Below, in pieces: positions 44,687-54,136 of a stretch of DNA of 64,000 bases; the first letter of the stretch is position 1; every line of letters begins with the position of its first letter. The stretch covers positions 128,001 through 192,000 of the forward strand of contig CAWEJX010000008.1 in assembly GCA_963809485.1 (NCBI GenBank). The letters are read 5' to 3'. The DNA is from an uncultured Acidobacteriota bacterium. Its GTDB lineage: Bacteria; Acidobacteriota; UBA6911. Both the position numbers and the translations under genes were made by a program. The notes under the pieces were generated by a model. The model was not told the DNA's origin. It did not search any database and was given only the letters and a program-made list of their open reading frames with translations.

Positions 44687-44730
44687 ATTAATCAATGAAA
44701 TCCATGGCGTTTTTTGTCCGGGGTGCCCTT

Positions 44731-46401
44731 ATGCGGATGCCGGATTGGATGATCCAGTATCGGAAAGAGTGGCTGCGCCCTGATGTGGTTGCCGGGGTGA
44801 CGGCTGCGGCCGTAGTTATTCCGAAGGCAATGGCCTACGCCACGATTGCCGGATTGCCCGTGCAGGTCGGGCTTTACACCATATTCCTCCCCATGCTGAT
44901 CTACGCCGTGATGGGGACCTCCCGGCCGCTCAGCGTCAGCACCACAACCACGCTGGCCATTCTGACCGGTGCGGAGTTCGCCGAGGTCGCCGTGAAAGGC
45001 GATCCCGCATCCTTGTTGCCCGCCTCGGCTATGCTAACGCTGCTGGTGGGAGGCATTCTTGTCCTGGCAGGAATTCTGCGCCTGGGCTTTGTCGCCAACT
45101 TCATCTCCGAACCCGTATTGATCGGGTTCAAGGCAGGAATCGGGATCGTCATCGTCGTGGATCAGATTCCGAAGCTCCTGGGCGTTCACTTTGACAAAGG
45201 ACCATTTTTCTTCCGAAACCTGGTTGCGCTGGCCAAAAGCATCCCTGAAACGTCGATGATCACTTTGGCGGTCTCGGTCGTCATGATCGCGGTACTTGTG
45301 GCGATGGAGCACTATACTCCACGAGCACCCGCGCCGCTGATCGCGGTGGCCATCGGCATCATCGGCGTAAGCGTGCTGGGATTGCAGGGCTTTGGGGTGC
45401 AAACGGTGGGTCACGTTCCAAAGGGGCTGCCTTCCTTCGCTCAGCCGGACTTCGCCCTTGCAATGCAGCTCTGGCCGGGAGCTTTGGGAATTGCGCTGAT
45501 GAGTTTTACCGAAACGATTGCGGCCGGGCGCGCCTTCGCCGTGAGCGGCGAGCCGTCGCCTCGTCCCAATCAGGAGCTGCTGGCGACAGGGCTCGCCAAT
45601 GCGGGCGGAGCTTTCCTGGGAGCAATGCCGGCGGGCGGAGGCACTACTCAGACCGCGGTGAACCGCCTCGCGGGCGCGCGCACTCAAATGGCGGAGTTGA
45701 CAACGGCCGGTGCAGCGCTTATTACGATGCTTTTCCTTGCCCCGCTCATTGCCCTGATGCCGCAGGCCACGCTGGCGGCGATAGTCATTGTATACTCGAT
45801 CGGATTGATCAAGCCGGCGGAGTTTCGCGCCGTTCGAAAGGTCAGACGGATGGAATTCCGCTGGGCGGTGGCTGCCCTTCTGGGGGTTGTCCTCCTGGGA
45901 ACGCTGAAGGGGATTCTGGTTGCGATCATCGTATCGCTGGCGGGCCTTGCCTACCAGGTTGCGGACCCGCCCGTGCAAGTATTAGGGCGCAAGCGGGGGA
46001 CCAACGTCTTCAGGTCCCTGTCGAAGGATCATCCGGATGATGAGACATTTCCTGGTCTGCTGCTGATGCGGCTGGAGGGAAGGATTTTCTTTGCCAATGC
46101 CGCGCGTATCGGACAAAAAATTAGGGGCTTCATCGATGCCGAGAAGCCGAGGGTTATTGCAGTGGACCTCAGCGGCGTCATAGATCTCGAATACACCGCA
46201 CTCAAGAATTTGATCGAGGCCGAGCGCAAGGAACGCGAGCATGGTGTTCTGATGTGGCTGGTGGGGCTCAACCAGGAGGTGTTGGATATGGTGATGCGTT
46301 CGGAACTGGGAAAAACCCTTGGGCGCGAAAGAATGTTTTTCAATCTGGAATTGGCAGTCGCAAAGTACCTCTCATTACCGGCAACCGACCGTCAGCTCTG
46401 A
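44731..46401 (+). CDS. SulP/SLC26 anion permease with STAS domain
   Basis: D.VAGVT...V.IP.AMAYA.IAGLP..GLY, NQEL.A.GLAN and IFFANA; the ORF can extend upstream to 44695. Confidence 0.92.
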   Translation: MRMPDWMIQYRKEWLRPDVVAGVTAAAVVIPKAMAYATIAGLPVQVGLYTIFLPMLIYAVMGTSRPLSVSTTTTLAILTGAEFAEVAVKGDPASLLPASAMLTLLVGGILVLAGILRLGFVANFISEPVLIGFKAGIGIVIVVDQIPKLLGVHFDKGPFFFRNLVALAKSIPETSMITLAVSVVMIAVLVAMEHYTPRAPAPLIAVAIGIIGVSVLGLQGFGVQTVGHVPKGLPSFAQPDFALAMQLWPGALGIALMSFTETIAAGRAFAVSGEPSPRPNQELLATGLANAGGAFLGAMPAGGGTTQTAVNRLAGARTQMAELTTAGAALITMLFLAPLIALMPQATLAAIVIVYSIGLIKPAEFRAVRKVRRMEFRWAVAALLGVVLLGTLKGILVAIIVSLAGLAYQVADPPVQVLGRKRGTNVFRSLSKDHPDDETFPGLLLMRLEGRIFFANAARIGQKIRGFIDAEKPRVIAVDLSGVIDLEYTALKNLIEAERKEREHGVLMWLVGLNQEVLDMVMRSELGKTLGRERMFFNLELAVAKYLSLPATDRQL

Positions 46402-46404
46402 TTT

Positions 46405-46604
46405 TAACTTTTAGACCCACGGCCCTGCCGGGGAACTCAAAGAGTTTGACAGCCCCGTATTTTGAAACGCTGACATACGCTGACAAAAGCGCTGACCTAC
46501 GCCGAACAAATCGGCGTAGGTCAGCGCTTAAAACTATGGAACTCATCCAACCGCCTTGGGCGGTTTACAACGGCAAGCCTCCGGCAAAGCCGGAGGTAAT
46601 TGAT
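46405..46604 (+). mobile_element. IS200/IS605-end element variant with perfect 19-bp internal hairpin
   Basis: aagcgctgacctacgccga-acaaa-tcggcgtaggtcagcgctt; aaccgcc-ttg-ggcggtt; cctccggcaaagccggagg. Confidence 0.85.
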
Positions 46605-46662
46605 TGTTAGATTCAGGAAAGGACCGACCGGGATCCGGCTTTCATAATGAAAGGGAAATGGT

Positions 46663-47604
46663 ATGGAACCAAAACACGTAAGATACGAGCAGCTGATTAA
46701 GCGCTGCAAGAAGCTGCCCGCAGCATCGACAGCTGTGGCACATCCGTGTGACGAGAGTTCGCTGCAGGGAGCTGTTGATGCGGCCAGGGCCGGTCTGATT
46801 GCGCCCATTCTGGTCGGCCCGGCAGCCCGCATCCGGGAAATCGCATCGAAAGCCGGCATCAATATAGCCGGCTACCCGATCGTGGAGGCCGCATTCAGCC
46901 AGGAATCGGCCGAGATAGCCGTAAAGCAGGTACGCGACGGCAAGGCGGAGGCTTTGATGAAAGGCAGCCTGCACACCGACGAGCTGATGGGTGCAGTAGT
47001 GAAACGTGATACGGGACTGCGCACGGCCCGGCGCATCAGTCACTGCTTCGTCATGGACGTGCCCGGCTATCCCTATGCCCTCATCATCACGGACGCTGCT
47101 GTGAATATCGCGCCTTCGCTCAAGGAGAAAGTCGATATCGTGCAGAATGCGATCGATCTCGCGCACGACCTCGGCGCCGCCGAGGTTCGCGTGGCCATAC
47201 TCTCCGCGATGGAAACGGTCAACCCGGACGTGCCCTCGACGCTGGAAGCGGCCGCCCTTTGCAAGATGGCGGACCGTAAACAAATCACCGGCGCCCTGAT
47301 CGACGGCCCGCTCGCGCTCGACAACGCGATCAGCCCCGAAGCCGCCAAGATTAAGAAGATCGACTCGCCGGTCGCCGGGCGAGCCAACGTGCTGATAGTG
47401 CCAGACCTCGAGGCGGGAAATATGCTTGCCAAGAGCCTGAGCTTCCTCGCCGGGGCGGACGCTGCGGGCATAGTGCTTGGCGCGCGCGTGCCGATCATAT
47501 TGACCAGCCGCGCGGATTCCCTGATCGCGCGGCTCGCTTCGTGCGCAGTGGCTTCTCTCGTGGCCGCCGCGCGCCGCGCGAGCGCCGGTAAGGCTGTGAG
47601 GTGA
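46663..47604 (+). CDS. Phosphate acetyl/butyryltransferase (PTA_PTB)
   Basis: LMKGSLHT, TDAAVNIAP, DGPLALDNA, PDLEAGNML.K and LTSRAD. Confidence 0.9.
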   Translation: MEPKHVRYEQLIKRCKKLPAASTAVAHPCDESSLQGAVDAARAGLIAPILVGPAARIREIASKAGINIAGYPIVEAAFSQESAEIAVKQVRDGKAEALMKGSLHTDELMGAVVKRDTGLRTARRISHCFVMDVPGYPYALIITDAAVNIAPSLKEKVDIVQNAIDLAHDLGAAEVRVAILSAMETVNPDVPSTLEAAALCKMADRKQITGALIDGPLALDNAISPEAAKIKKIDSPVAGRANVLIVPDLEAGNMLAKSLSFLAGADAAGIVLGARVPIILTSRADSLIARLASCAVASLVAAARRASAGKAVR

Positions 47605-47608
47605 TGCC

Positions 47609-48796
47609 ATGACCGACGCCATTCTGGTACTCAACGCCGGCTCGTCCAGCATCAAGTTCTCCCTTTTCCTTGCGCAGACGGATCAGCTTCAGCTCAGGCT
47701 GCGCGGACAGATCGAGGGGCTTTACACCGCGCCACGCTTCATCGCCAAGGACGTGGCGGGGGCCACCCTTAGGGAATACAGGTGGAATGAAGGCACGCGC
47801 CTTGGCCATGACGGCGCGATCGACTATCTGATCGCCTTTCTGATGGAATATCGCCAGGAACTCCGACTGATCGCCGTCGGCCACCGGGTCGTGCACGGCG
47901 GGATCAAGTTTTCGGAGCCCACTCTGGTCAACGCGGAGGTGTTGGACAGCCTCGAGAAGCTGATTCCGCTTGCCCCGCTGCACCAGCCGCACAACCTGGC
48001 ACCCATCCGGGTGGTTGCCCAGCGAAGGCCGGAATTGCCGCAGGTAGCCTGTTTTGACACGGCCTTCCACCGGGCGCAACCGGAACTTGCGCAGGTATTT
48101 GCCTTGCCGTATGCCGTCACGGAACGCGGCGTGCGGCGATACGGATTTCACGGCCTGTCGTACGAATATATCGCCGGTGTATTGGCGCGCTACGATGCCA
48201 GGGCTGCCGCTGGACGCGTTGTCGTCGCGCATCTCGGCAATGGGGCCAGCATGTGCGCCATCCATGCCGGCCGGAGCGTGGCGACCACGATGGGATTTAC
48301 GGCTGTGGATGGTCTGCCAATGGGCACGCGCTGCGGCTCCATCGATCCGGGCGTCATGCTGTACCTGATGGACGAGCTGAAGATGGATGCGCGCGCCATC
48401 GAGAAGCTCATTTACCAGCAATCGGGGCTGCTCGGTGTTTCAGGGATTTCAAGCGACATGCGCGCGCTATTGGAAAGCAGCGAACCAAGAGCCCGTCTCG
48501 CAGTGGATCTATTCACCTATCGCATCGGGCGCGAGCTTGGCTCCCTTTCGGCGGCCCTCGGCGGGCTTGACGCCCTGGTTTTCACAGGCGGAATCGGTGA
48601 GCACGCCGTGGCGATCCGGGAGCGCGTGTGCCGCGAAGCATCCTGGCTGGGGATTGAACTCGATCTCGCCGCCAACAGCGCAGGAGGCCCGCGCATCAGC
48701 AAGGAAGGCTGTCCTGCATCGGCGTGGACCATCCCGACAGATGAAGAGCTGATGATCGCCCGGCATACGCGGCGCCTGATTGGCAAGATCACCTAG
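47609..48796 (+). CDS. ackA: Acetate/propionate kinase
   Basis: LNAGSSSIKF, GHRVVHGG, FDTAFH, RRYGFHG, HLGNGAS and TDEELMIA. Confidence 0.95.
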   Translation: MTDAILVLNAGSSSIKFSLFLAQTDQLQLRLRGQIEGLYTAPRFIAKDVAGATLREYRWNEGTRLGHDGAIDYLIAFLMEYRQELRLIAVGHRVVHGGIKFSEPTLVNAEVLDSLEKLIPLAPLHQPHNLAPIRVVAQRRPELPQVACFDTAFHRAQPELAQVFALPYAVTERGVRRYGFHGLSYEYIAGVLARYDARAAAGRVVVAHLGNGASMCAIHAGRSVATTMGFTAVDGLPMGTRCGSIDPGVMLYLMDELKMDARAIEKLIYQQSGLLGVSGISSDMRALLESSEPRARLAVDLFTYRIGRELGSLSAALGGLDALVFTGGIGEHAVAIRERVCREASWLGIELDLAANSAGGPRISKEGCPASAWTIPTDEELMIARHTRRLIGKIT

Positions 48797-48931
48797 GGCT
48801 CAAGGGAATGGGTTTTTGCAGAGGCGAGCGGCAGCTCGCCCTTATCGGACATATAAATTTGGATCAGCGGGCGGCCTTCCGGCTGCCCGTGGCGCTTTAT
48901 ATTTTTGGCAAAATGAAAGAGAGAAGGAAAC

Positions 48932-51187
48932 ATGGCAGCCCAATCGAAAACTGGTGATGAACAGCATGAAATCGCGTGGCATGGATTCGCGCCCGGCAAG
49001 TGGCAAAGCCAAGTCAACGTCCGTGAATTCATCCAGCGCAATTACACGCCCTATGAAGGCGACAGCTCCTTTCTCCAGGGCGCTACCCAGCGAACGCTGG
49101 ACGTCTGGGAGAAACTGCAGCCGCTGCTCGCGGAAGAACGCGAAAAAGGAATCCTGGACGTGTCGCAGATTCCTTCCAGCATTGTCTCGCACGAGCCGGG
49201 CTACATCGACAAGGAGCACGAGATCATCGTGGGCCTGCAGACCGATGCGCCGCTCAAACGAGCGATTATGCCGTTCGGCGGCTGGCGCGTGGTTGAGGCG
49301 AGCCTCAAGTCCTACGGCTACGAACCGGATGAGCGCGTCGGCGAAATCTTCACAAAGTACCGCAAAACGCACAATGACGGTGTTTTCGATGCCTATACGT
49401 CCGAGATCCGGAAAGCACGGTCCGCGCACCTGATCACCGGCCTGCCGGATGGATACGGCCGGGGTCGCATCATTGGCGACTATCGCCGGGTAGCGCTCTA
49501 CGGGGTGGATTTTCTCATCACCGACAAAGAACGCGAAAAGAACGAACTGGATGACCGGTATTCAACGGAGGACGTCATACGCCTGCGGGAAGAGCTTGCC
49601 GAACAGATCCGTTCGCTTATAGAACTGAAGCAAATGGCGTCGATGTATGGTTATGACATATCCAGGCCGGCCGTCAACGCGCGGGAGGCGGTGCAGTGGA
49701 CTTACTTCGGCTATCTCGCCGCTCTCAAGCAGCAGAACGGGGCGGCGATGTCTGCCGGGCGTTTATCTACGTTCTGGGATATATACTTTGAGCGCGACCT
49801 GCGCGAGGGCTTGCTGACAGAGTCGCAAGCCCAGGAAATCATCGACGACCTGGTGATCAAGTGGCGTCTCGTTCGCTTTTTGCGCGCGCCCGAGTATACC
49901 CAGCTTTTTTCCGGCGACCCGGTCTGGGTCACGGAATCGGTAGGCGGGATGGGCGAAGACGGGCGCACGCTGGTAACCAAAACCGCGTTCCGCATGCTGC
50001 ATACGCTCAACAACCTCGGACCGGCGCCGGAGCCCAATCTCACCGTATTCTGGTCCCCGAGGCTGCCTGAGGGCTTCAAACGCTTTGCCATCAAGGCTTC
50101 GATCGACACCAGCTCGATTCAGTACGAGTCCGACGATCTCATGCGGCCGAAGTGGGGGGACGACTGCGCGATTGCCTGCTGCGTTTCGGCGATGCGGGTC
50201 GGCAAACAGATGCAGTTCTTCGGTGCGCGCGTAAATCTGGCTAAGACGCTGCTGTATGCGTTGAATGGAGGTCGCGACGAGCTGAGCGGCAAGCAGGTCG
50301 GGCCGAAACTGGCGCCGATCACGTCGGAGGTGCTGGATTTCGACGAAGTCATGGGCCGGTTCGACCCGATGATGGACTGGCTTGCGAAGACCTATGTCAA
50401 CGCGCTCAATATCATCCACTTCATGCATGACAAATATTGCTACGAGTCGATCGAGATGGCGTTGCACGACCGCGACGTTTTGCGCACGCTCGCCTGCGGA
50501 ATCGCGGGCCTTTCGCACACGGCCGACAGCCTTTCCGCGATCAAGTACGCCAGGGTGAGACCGGTGCGCGATGAGCGCGGCATCATGGTCGACTTTGAGA
50601 CGGAGGGGGAATTTCCCTTTTATGGCAACAACGACGATCGCGCGGACGACATTGCCCGGATGCTGGTGTCCATGATTATGAACAAGATCCGGATGTACCC
50701 AAGTTACCGCAACGCTGTTCACACCCAGGGAGTACTCACCATCACCTCCAACATCGTTTACGGCAGGGCGACAGGCACCACGCCCGACGGTCGCAAAAAG
50801 GGCGAGGCTTTTGCGCCCGGCGGGAATCCGTCGAACGGACGCGATACCCACGGTGCACTGGCGGCCCTGATGTCGGTAGCCAAAATTCCCTATGACGACG
50901 CCGAGGACGGCATCTCGCTCACTTTAACAGTTGTGCCCTCCGCACTCGGAAGCGAAAACGACCGGCTCACGCGCGGGGTTGGTGCACTGGACGCTTACTT
51001 TGCAAGCGGCGGCTTCCACGTCAATATCAACGTGTTGAACCGCGAGACGCTTCATGACGCAATGAAGCATCCGGAGAAATATCCGCAGCTCACGGTCCGC
51101 GTATCCGGGTACGCAGTGAACTTTGTCAAGCTGACCAGGGAACAACAGCTCGACATAATCAACCGCACGTTCCACGGCGCTATGTAG
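48932..51187 (+). CDS. pflB: Pyruvate formate-lyase
   Basis: IACCVS active-site Cys pair and RVSGYAV glycyl-radical motif. Confidence 0.96.
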   Translation: MAAQSKTGDEQHEIAWHGFAPGKWQSQVNVREFIQRNYTPYEGDSSFLQGATQRTLDVWEKLQPLLAEEREKGILDVSQIPSSIVSHEPGYIDKEHEIIVGLQTDAPLKRAIMPFGGWRVVEASLKSYGYEPDERVGEIFTKYRKTHNDGVFDAYTSEIRKARSAHLITGLPDGYGRGRIIGDYRRVALYGVDFLITDKEREKNELDDRYSTEDVIRLREELAEQIRSLIELKQMASMYGYDISRPAVNAREAVQWTYFGYLAALKQQNGAAMSAGRLSTFWDIYFERDLREGLLTESQAQEIIDDLVIKWRLVRFLRAPEYTQLFSGDPVWVTESVGGMGEDGRTLVTKTAFRMLHTLNNLGPAPEPNLTVFWSPRLPEGFKRFAIKASIDTSSIQYESDDLMRPKWGDDCAIACCVSAMRVGKQMQFFGARVNLAKTLLYALNGGRDELSGKQVGPKLAPITSEVLDFDEVMGRFDPMMDWLAKTYVNALNIIHFMHDKYCYESIEMALHDRDVLRTLACGIAGLSHTADSLSAIKYARVRPVRDERGIMVDFETEGEFPFYGNNDDRADDIARMLVSMIMNKIRMYPSYRNAVHTQGVLTITSNIVYGRATGTTPDGRKKGEAFAPGGNPSNGRDTHGALAALMSVAKIPYDDAEDGISLTLTVVPSALGSENDRLTRGVGALDAYFASGGFHVNINVLNRETLHDAMKHPEKYPQLTVRVSGYAVNFVKLTREQQLDIINRTFHGAM

Positions 51188-51199
51188 GAGGGGAAACCT

Positions 51200-52057
51200 A
51201 TGAGTCAGCCACTTATCGGGAGCCGTTATGACATCCATGTCGCCCGCACAGGGGCTCAGGAAAGTCAGGCGGAGCACGACTACAAGGCAATATATCCGAG
51301 TGATATAGAGGAAGTCGAGGGAATAGAAGATCTCATCGGCTACGTACACTCGTATGAGGTGGGCAGTACGGTGGATGGTCCCGGCATTCGCTTTGTGGCT
51401 TTTCTGACGGGCTGCCCGCTTCGCTGCCAGTACTGTCATAACCCGGATACCTGGCACAAGCACAACGGCCAGCCCGTGTCCGTTTCGCGCTCGATGCGGC
51501 AGATCGGGAAGTATGCGCAAGTTCTCAAGATCAGCAAAGGAGGCATCACGCTCTCAGGGGGTGAGCCTGTGCTGCAGCGGAAGTACATGACCCGGATCTT
51601 CCGCCGCTGCAAGGAACTTGGCCTGCATACCTGTCTGGACACCTGCGGCCGCCTCGGCGACCTGCTAACCGACCAGGATTTGATGGACATCGACCTCAAC
51701 CTGCTTGATATCAAGTCGGGGGATCCGGTCATTTATGAGAAAGTGACGCACCAGCCCCTGCAGCCGACGCTCGATTACGCGCGCCGGCTATCGGCGCTGG
51801 GGCGGCCGATGTGGGTACGGTTTGTTCTTGTGCCAGGCCTGACCGACGGCTACGACAATGTGGAAAAAGTCGCCAACATCTGTGCGGAACTCAAGTCCCT
51901 GGAGCGGGTGGAAATTTTGCGTTTTCATCAAATGGGCCGGGATAAGTGGAGCAAGCTCGGACTCGAGTACACGCTGGCAGATGTCGAACCTCCAAGCGCA
52001 GAGCTGGCGGAGCGCGTTCGCGGCCAGTTCCGAAGCCGCGGCTTGATGGTCTACTAA
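51200..52057 (+). CDS. pflA: PFL activating enzyme (radical SAM)
   Basis: VDGPGIR, GCPLRCQYCHNPDTW and SGGEP. Confidence 0.95.
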   Translation: MSQPLIGSRYDIHVARTGAQESQAEHDYKAIYPSDIEEVEGIEDLIGYVHSYEVGSTVDGPGIRFVAFLTGCPLRCQYCHNPDTWHKHNGQPVSVSRSMRQIGKYAQVLKISKGGITLSGGEPVLQRKYMTRIFRRCKELGLHTCLDTCGRLGDLLTDQDLMDIDLNLLDIKSGDPVIYEKVTHQPLQPTLDYARRLSALGRPMWVRFVLVPGLTDGYDNVEKVANICAELKSLERVEILRFHQMGRDKWSKLGLEYTLADVEPPSAELAERVRGQFRSRGLMVY

Positions 52058-52237
52058 CATATGCTGCAACCCGATAGGCGAGTGGCTTCGAAATGCCCGA
52101 AGAGGAGGACGCCGGGAATTGGCCTGCGAAAACATCACAGCCCGTACTCCTCAGCGACACAGGTCGGAACGGCAGAGTTTTTTTGGAATTCGCGGCTGGA
52201 GGCGGTGACTTATCATAAGGAGAGTTAGGGAGAACAC

Positions 52238-53830
52238 ATGGAGGCAATTAGGACACTGCTCGAACAGCAGCAGATGTTGGCGCTGTTTCTCACGGTCGCA
52301 ATCGGGTACCTGGTCGGAGAGATCAACCTCAAAGGATTTTCGCTTGGCGTAGGGGCGGTTCTTTTCGTCGCACTGGCTGCCGGTTGGTTCGCCCCGGGGT
52401 CGGCGCCGGCCCCGATGCTTGGGACACTGGGCTTGGCGCTCTTCCTCTATGCCGTGGGTATTCAATATGGCAGGCAGTTTTTCACCGGCTTGAAAAGCGC
52501 CGGCGGCCGCAGAGCAAATCTGATGGCCCTAACCGGCGTCCTGCTGGCAGGCGCTGTTAGCATTGTGTTCGTCAAGACCATGGGCATCAATCTCGGTTAC
52601 GCTTTCGGATTATTTGCAGGATCCGGGACCAGCACGCCGACGCTCCAGGCAGCCATCACGGCGCTCGGCAATGACGATGCCGCGATAGGCTATTCGGTTT
52701 CTTATCCGTTCGGCGTGGCCGGACCCATCCTGATCCTGTACTTCACCTTTTTGGTCCTCAAACCCAGGATCGAGTTGCCCAAAGGAACCGGGCTCGAAAT
52801 GCTCGAAATCTCGGTGCATAACCCGGAAATGTGCGGCAAAACGATCGGCGAGTTGATGACGGTACTGCCCACCGGGGTGCAGATCGTTGCCGTGCGCAGA
52901 ACGCAGCGCAACGAGCCGGCTTCTCCCAATTTCATGATCGCCGAGAATGATGCCCTGCTCGCCGTCGCCCCCACTAAAGCGGTTCTCGATCAGGCCGGCG
53001 AGATTATCGGCCAGGCGGCACATGGCCGGATCATCAAGGATCGCCGGGATATCGATTATGTCCGTGTGTTTGCTTCACGCCCCGCCGTCGTGGGCAGAGC
53101 GGTTGGCGATCTCGATCTGCCGGGCGAGAAGGGCTCGGTCGTCATGCAGGTTCGCCGCGGCGATACGGACCTCCTGGCGCAACCGGACCTCGTGCTCGAG
53201 TTCGGTGACCGTATCGGGATTCTCGCCAATCGAGGAGATTTCCCGGCGTTGCGCAAATACTTCGGCGATTCGATCAAAGGCACAGCCGAGTTCAGCTACA
53301 TCTCCGTCGGTCTCGGCATGGCGCTCGGCTTTCTGCTTGGTGTGATCCAGATCCCTCTTCCCGGCATCGGGAAACTCGCGCTGGGACTGGCGGGCGTGCT
53401 GATCGTGGCGTTGGTTCTTGGCAACCTGCGCCGCACGGGCGGGCTGAATTGGACCATCCCGTTGTCGGCCAACCTTGTCCTCCGTAACCTCGGGCTCACA
53501 ATCTTTCTTGCTCAGGTCGGGATGGCTTCAGGCCCCAAGTTCGCCGCAACCGTTTCCGAAACCGGCTTTCTGATGCTGGGCTTGGGGGCGCTCGTCCTGA
53601 TCGCGCTCGTCCTCCCGATCGTGATCCTCGGATTCGGGATATACCGGATGCCGTACGACGAAGTGGCAGGCATCGTTGCGGGGGCTTGCGGCAATCCGGC
53701 GATCCTGGCCTTTTCAACCAAACTCGCACCAACGGACAAGCCCGATCTCGGCTATGCGATGATCCAACCGAGCATGACCATCGTTAAGATTCTTTTTGTG
53801 AACATCGCGGCGTCGCTCCTGCAAAGCTGA
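52238..53830 (+). CDS. AspT/YidE/YbjL (aspartate:alanine exchanger family) transporter with TrkA-C domains
   Basis: LG.GAVLFVAL, GL.LFLYAVG, AGSGTSTP.L, SYPFG, a duplicated TM domain and central RCK_C domains. Confidence 0.87.
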   Translation: MEAIRTLLEQQQMLALFLTVAIGYLVGEINLKGFSLGVGAVLFVALAAGWFAPGSAPAPMLGTLGLALFLYAVGIQYGRQFFTGLKSAGGRRANLMALTGVLLAGAVSIVFVKTMGINLGYAFGLFAGSGTSTPTLQAAITALGNDDAAIGYSVSYPFGVAGPILILYFTFLVLKPRIELPKGTGLEMLEISVHNPEMCGKTIGELMTVLPTGVQIVAVRRTQRNEPASPNFMIAENDALLAVAPTKAVLDQAGEIIGQAAHGRIIKDRRDIDYVRVFASRPAVVGRAVGDLDLPGEKGSVVMQVRRGDTDLLAQPDLVLEFGDRIGILANRGDFPALRKYFGDSIKGTAEFSYISVGLGMALGFLLGVIQIPLPGIGKLALGLAGVLIVALVLGNLRRTGGLNWTIPLSANLVLRNLGLTIFLAQVGMASGPKFAATVSETGFLMLGLGALVLIALVLPIVILGFGIYRMPYDEVAGIVAGACGNPAILAFSTKLAPTDKPDLGYAMIQPSMTIVKILFVNIAASLLQS

Positions 53831-53871
53831 TCCCCGATGGAGACATAATCCAAAAACACCACGGGCATAAT

Positions 53872-54084
53872 TCTATTGGTAAATCCCCGGCTCTGCCGGG
53901 GGACTCATAGCGTTTGACAGTTCCGTATTTTGAAACGCTGAGATACGCTGACAAAGGCGCTGACAAACGCCGATTTGTTCGGCGAGGGTCGGCGTAAGTC
54001 AGCGGTTAAGACCGGTGAAACTCCTCCAACCGCTTTGATCGGTTCAAATCTTTCAAGCCTCCGGCTTTGCCGGAGGTGCCTGAC
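53872..54084 (+). mobile_element. IS200/IS605-end element, complete short form (213 bp)
   Basis: TAAT|tctattggTAAA-tccccggctctgccggggg ... CAAG-cctccggctttgccggagg-tgcc-TGAC. Confidence 0.9.
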
Positions 54085-54136
54085 ATATCTTTGAAATCCG
54101 TGGCTGTTTTGTCGCAATGGGGGGCCAGACCATGAT

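Noticed and set aside
44464-46604. sulP as cargo of a composite transposon formed by the two flanking elements
   Set aside because: The copies are in opposite orientation with left ends facing inward; Y1 transposition needs a left and right end on the same strand around the cargo.
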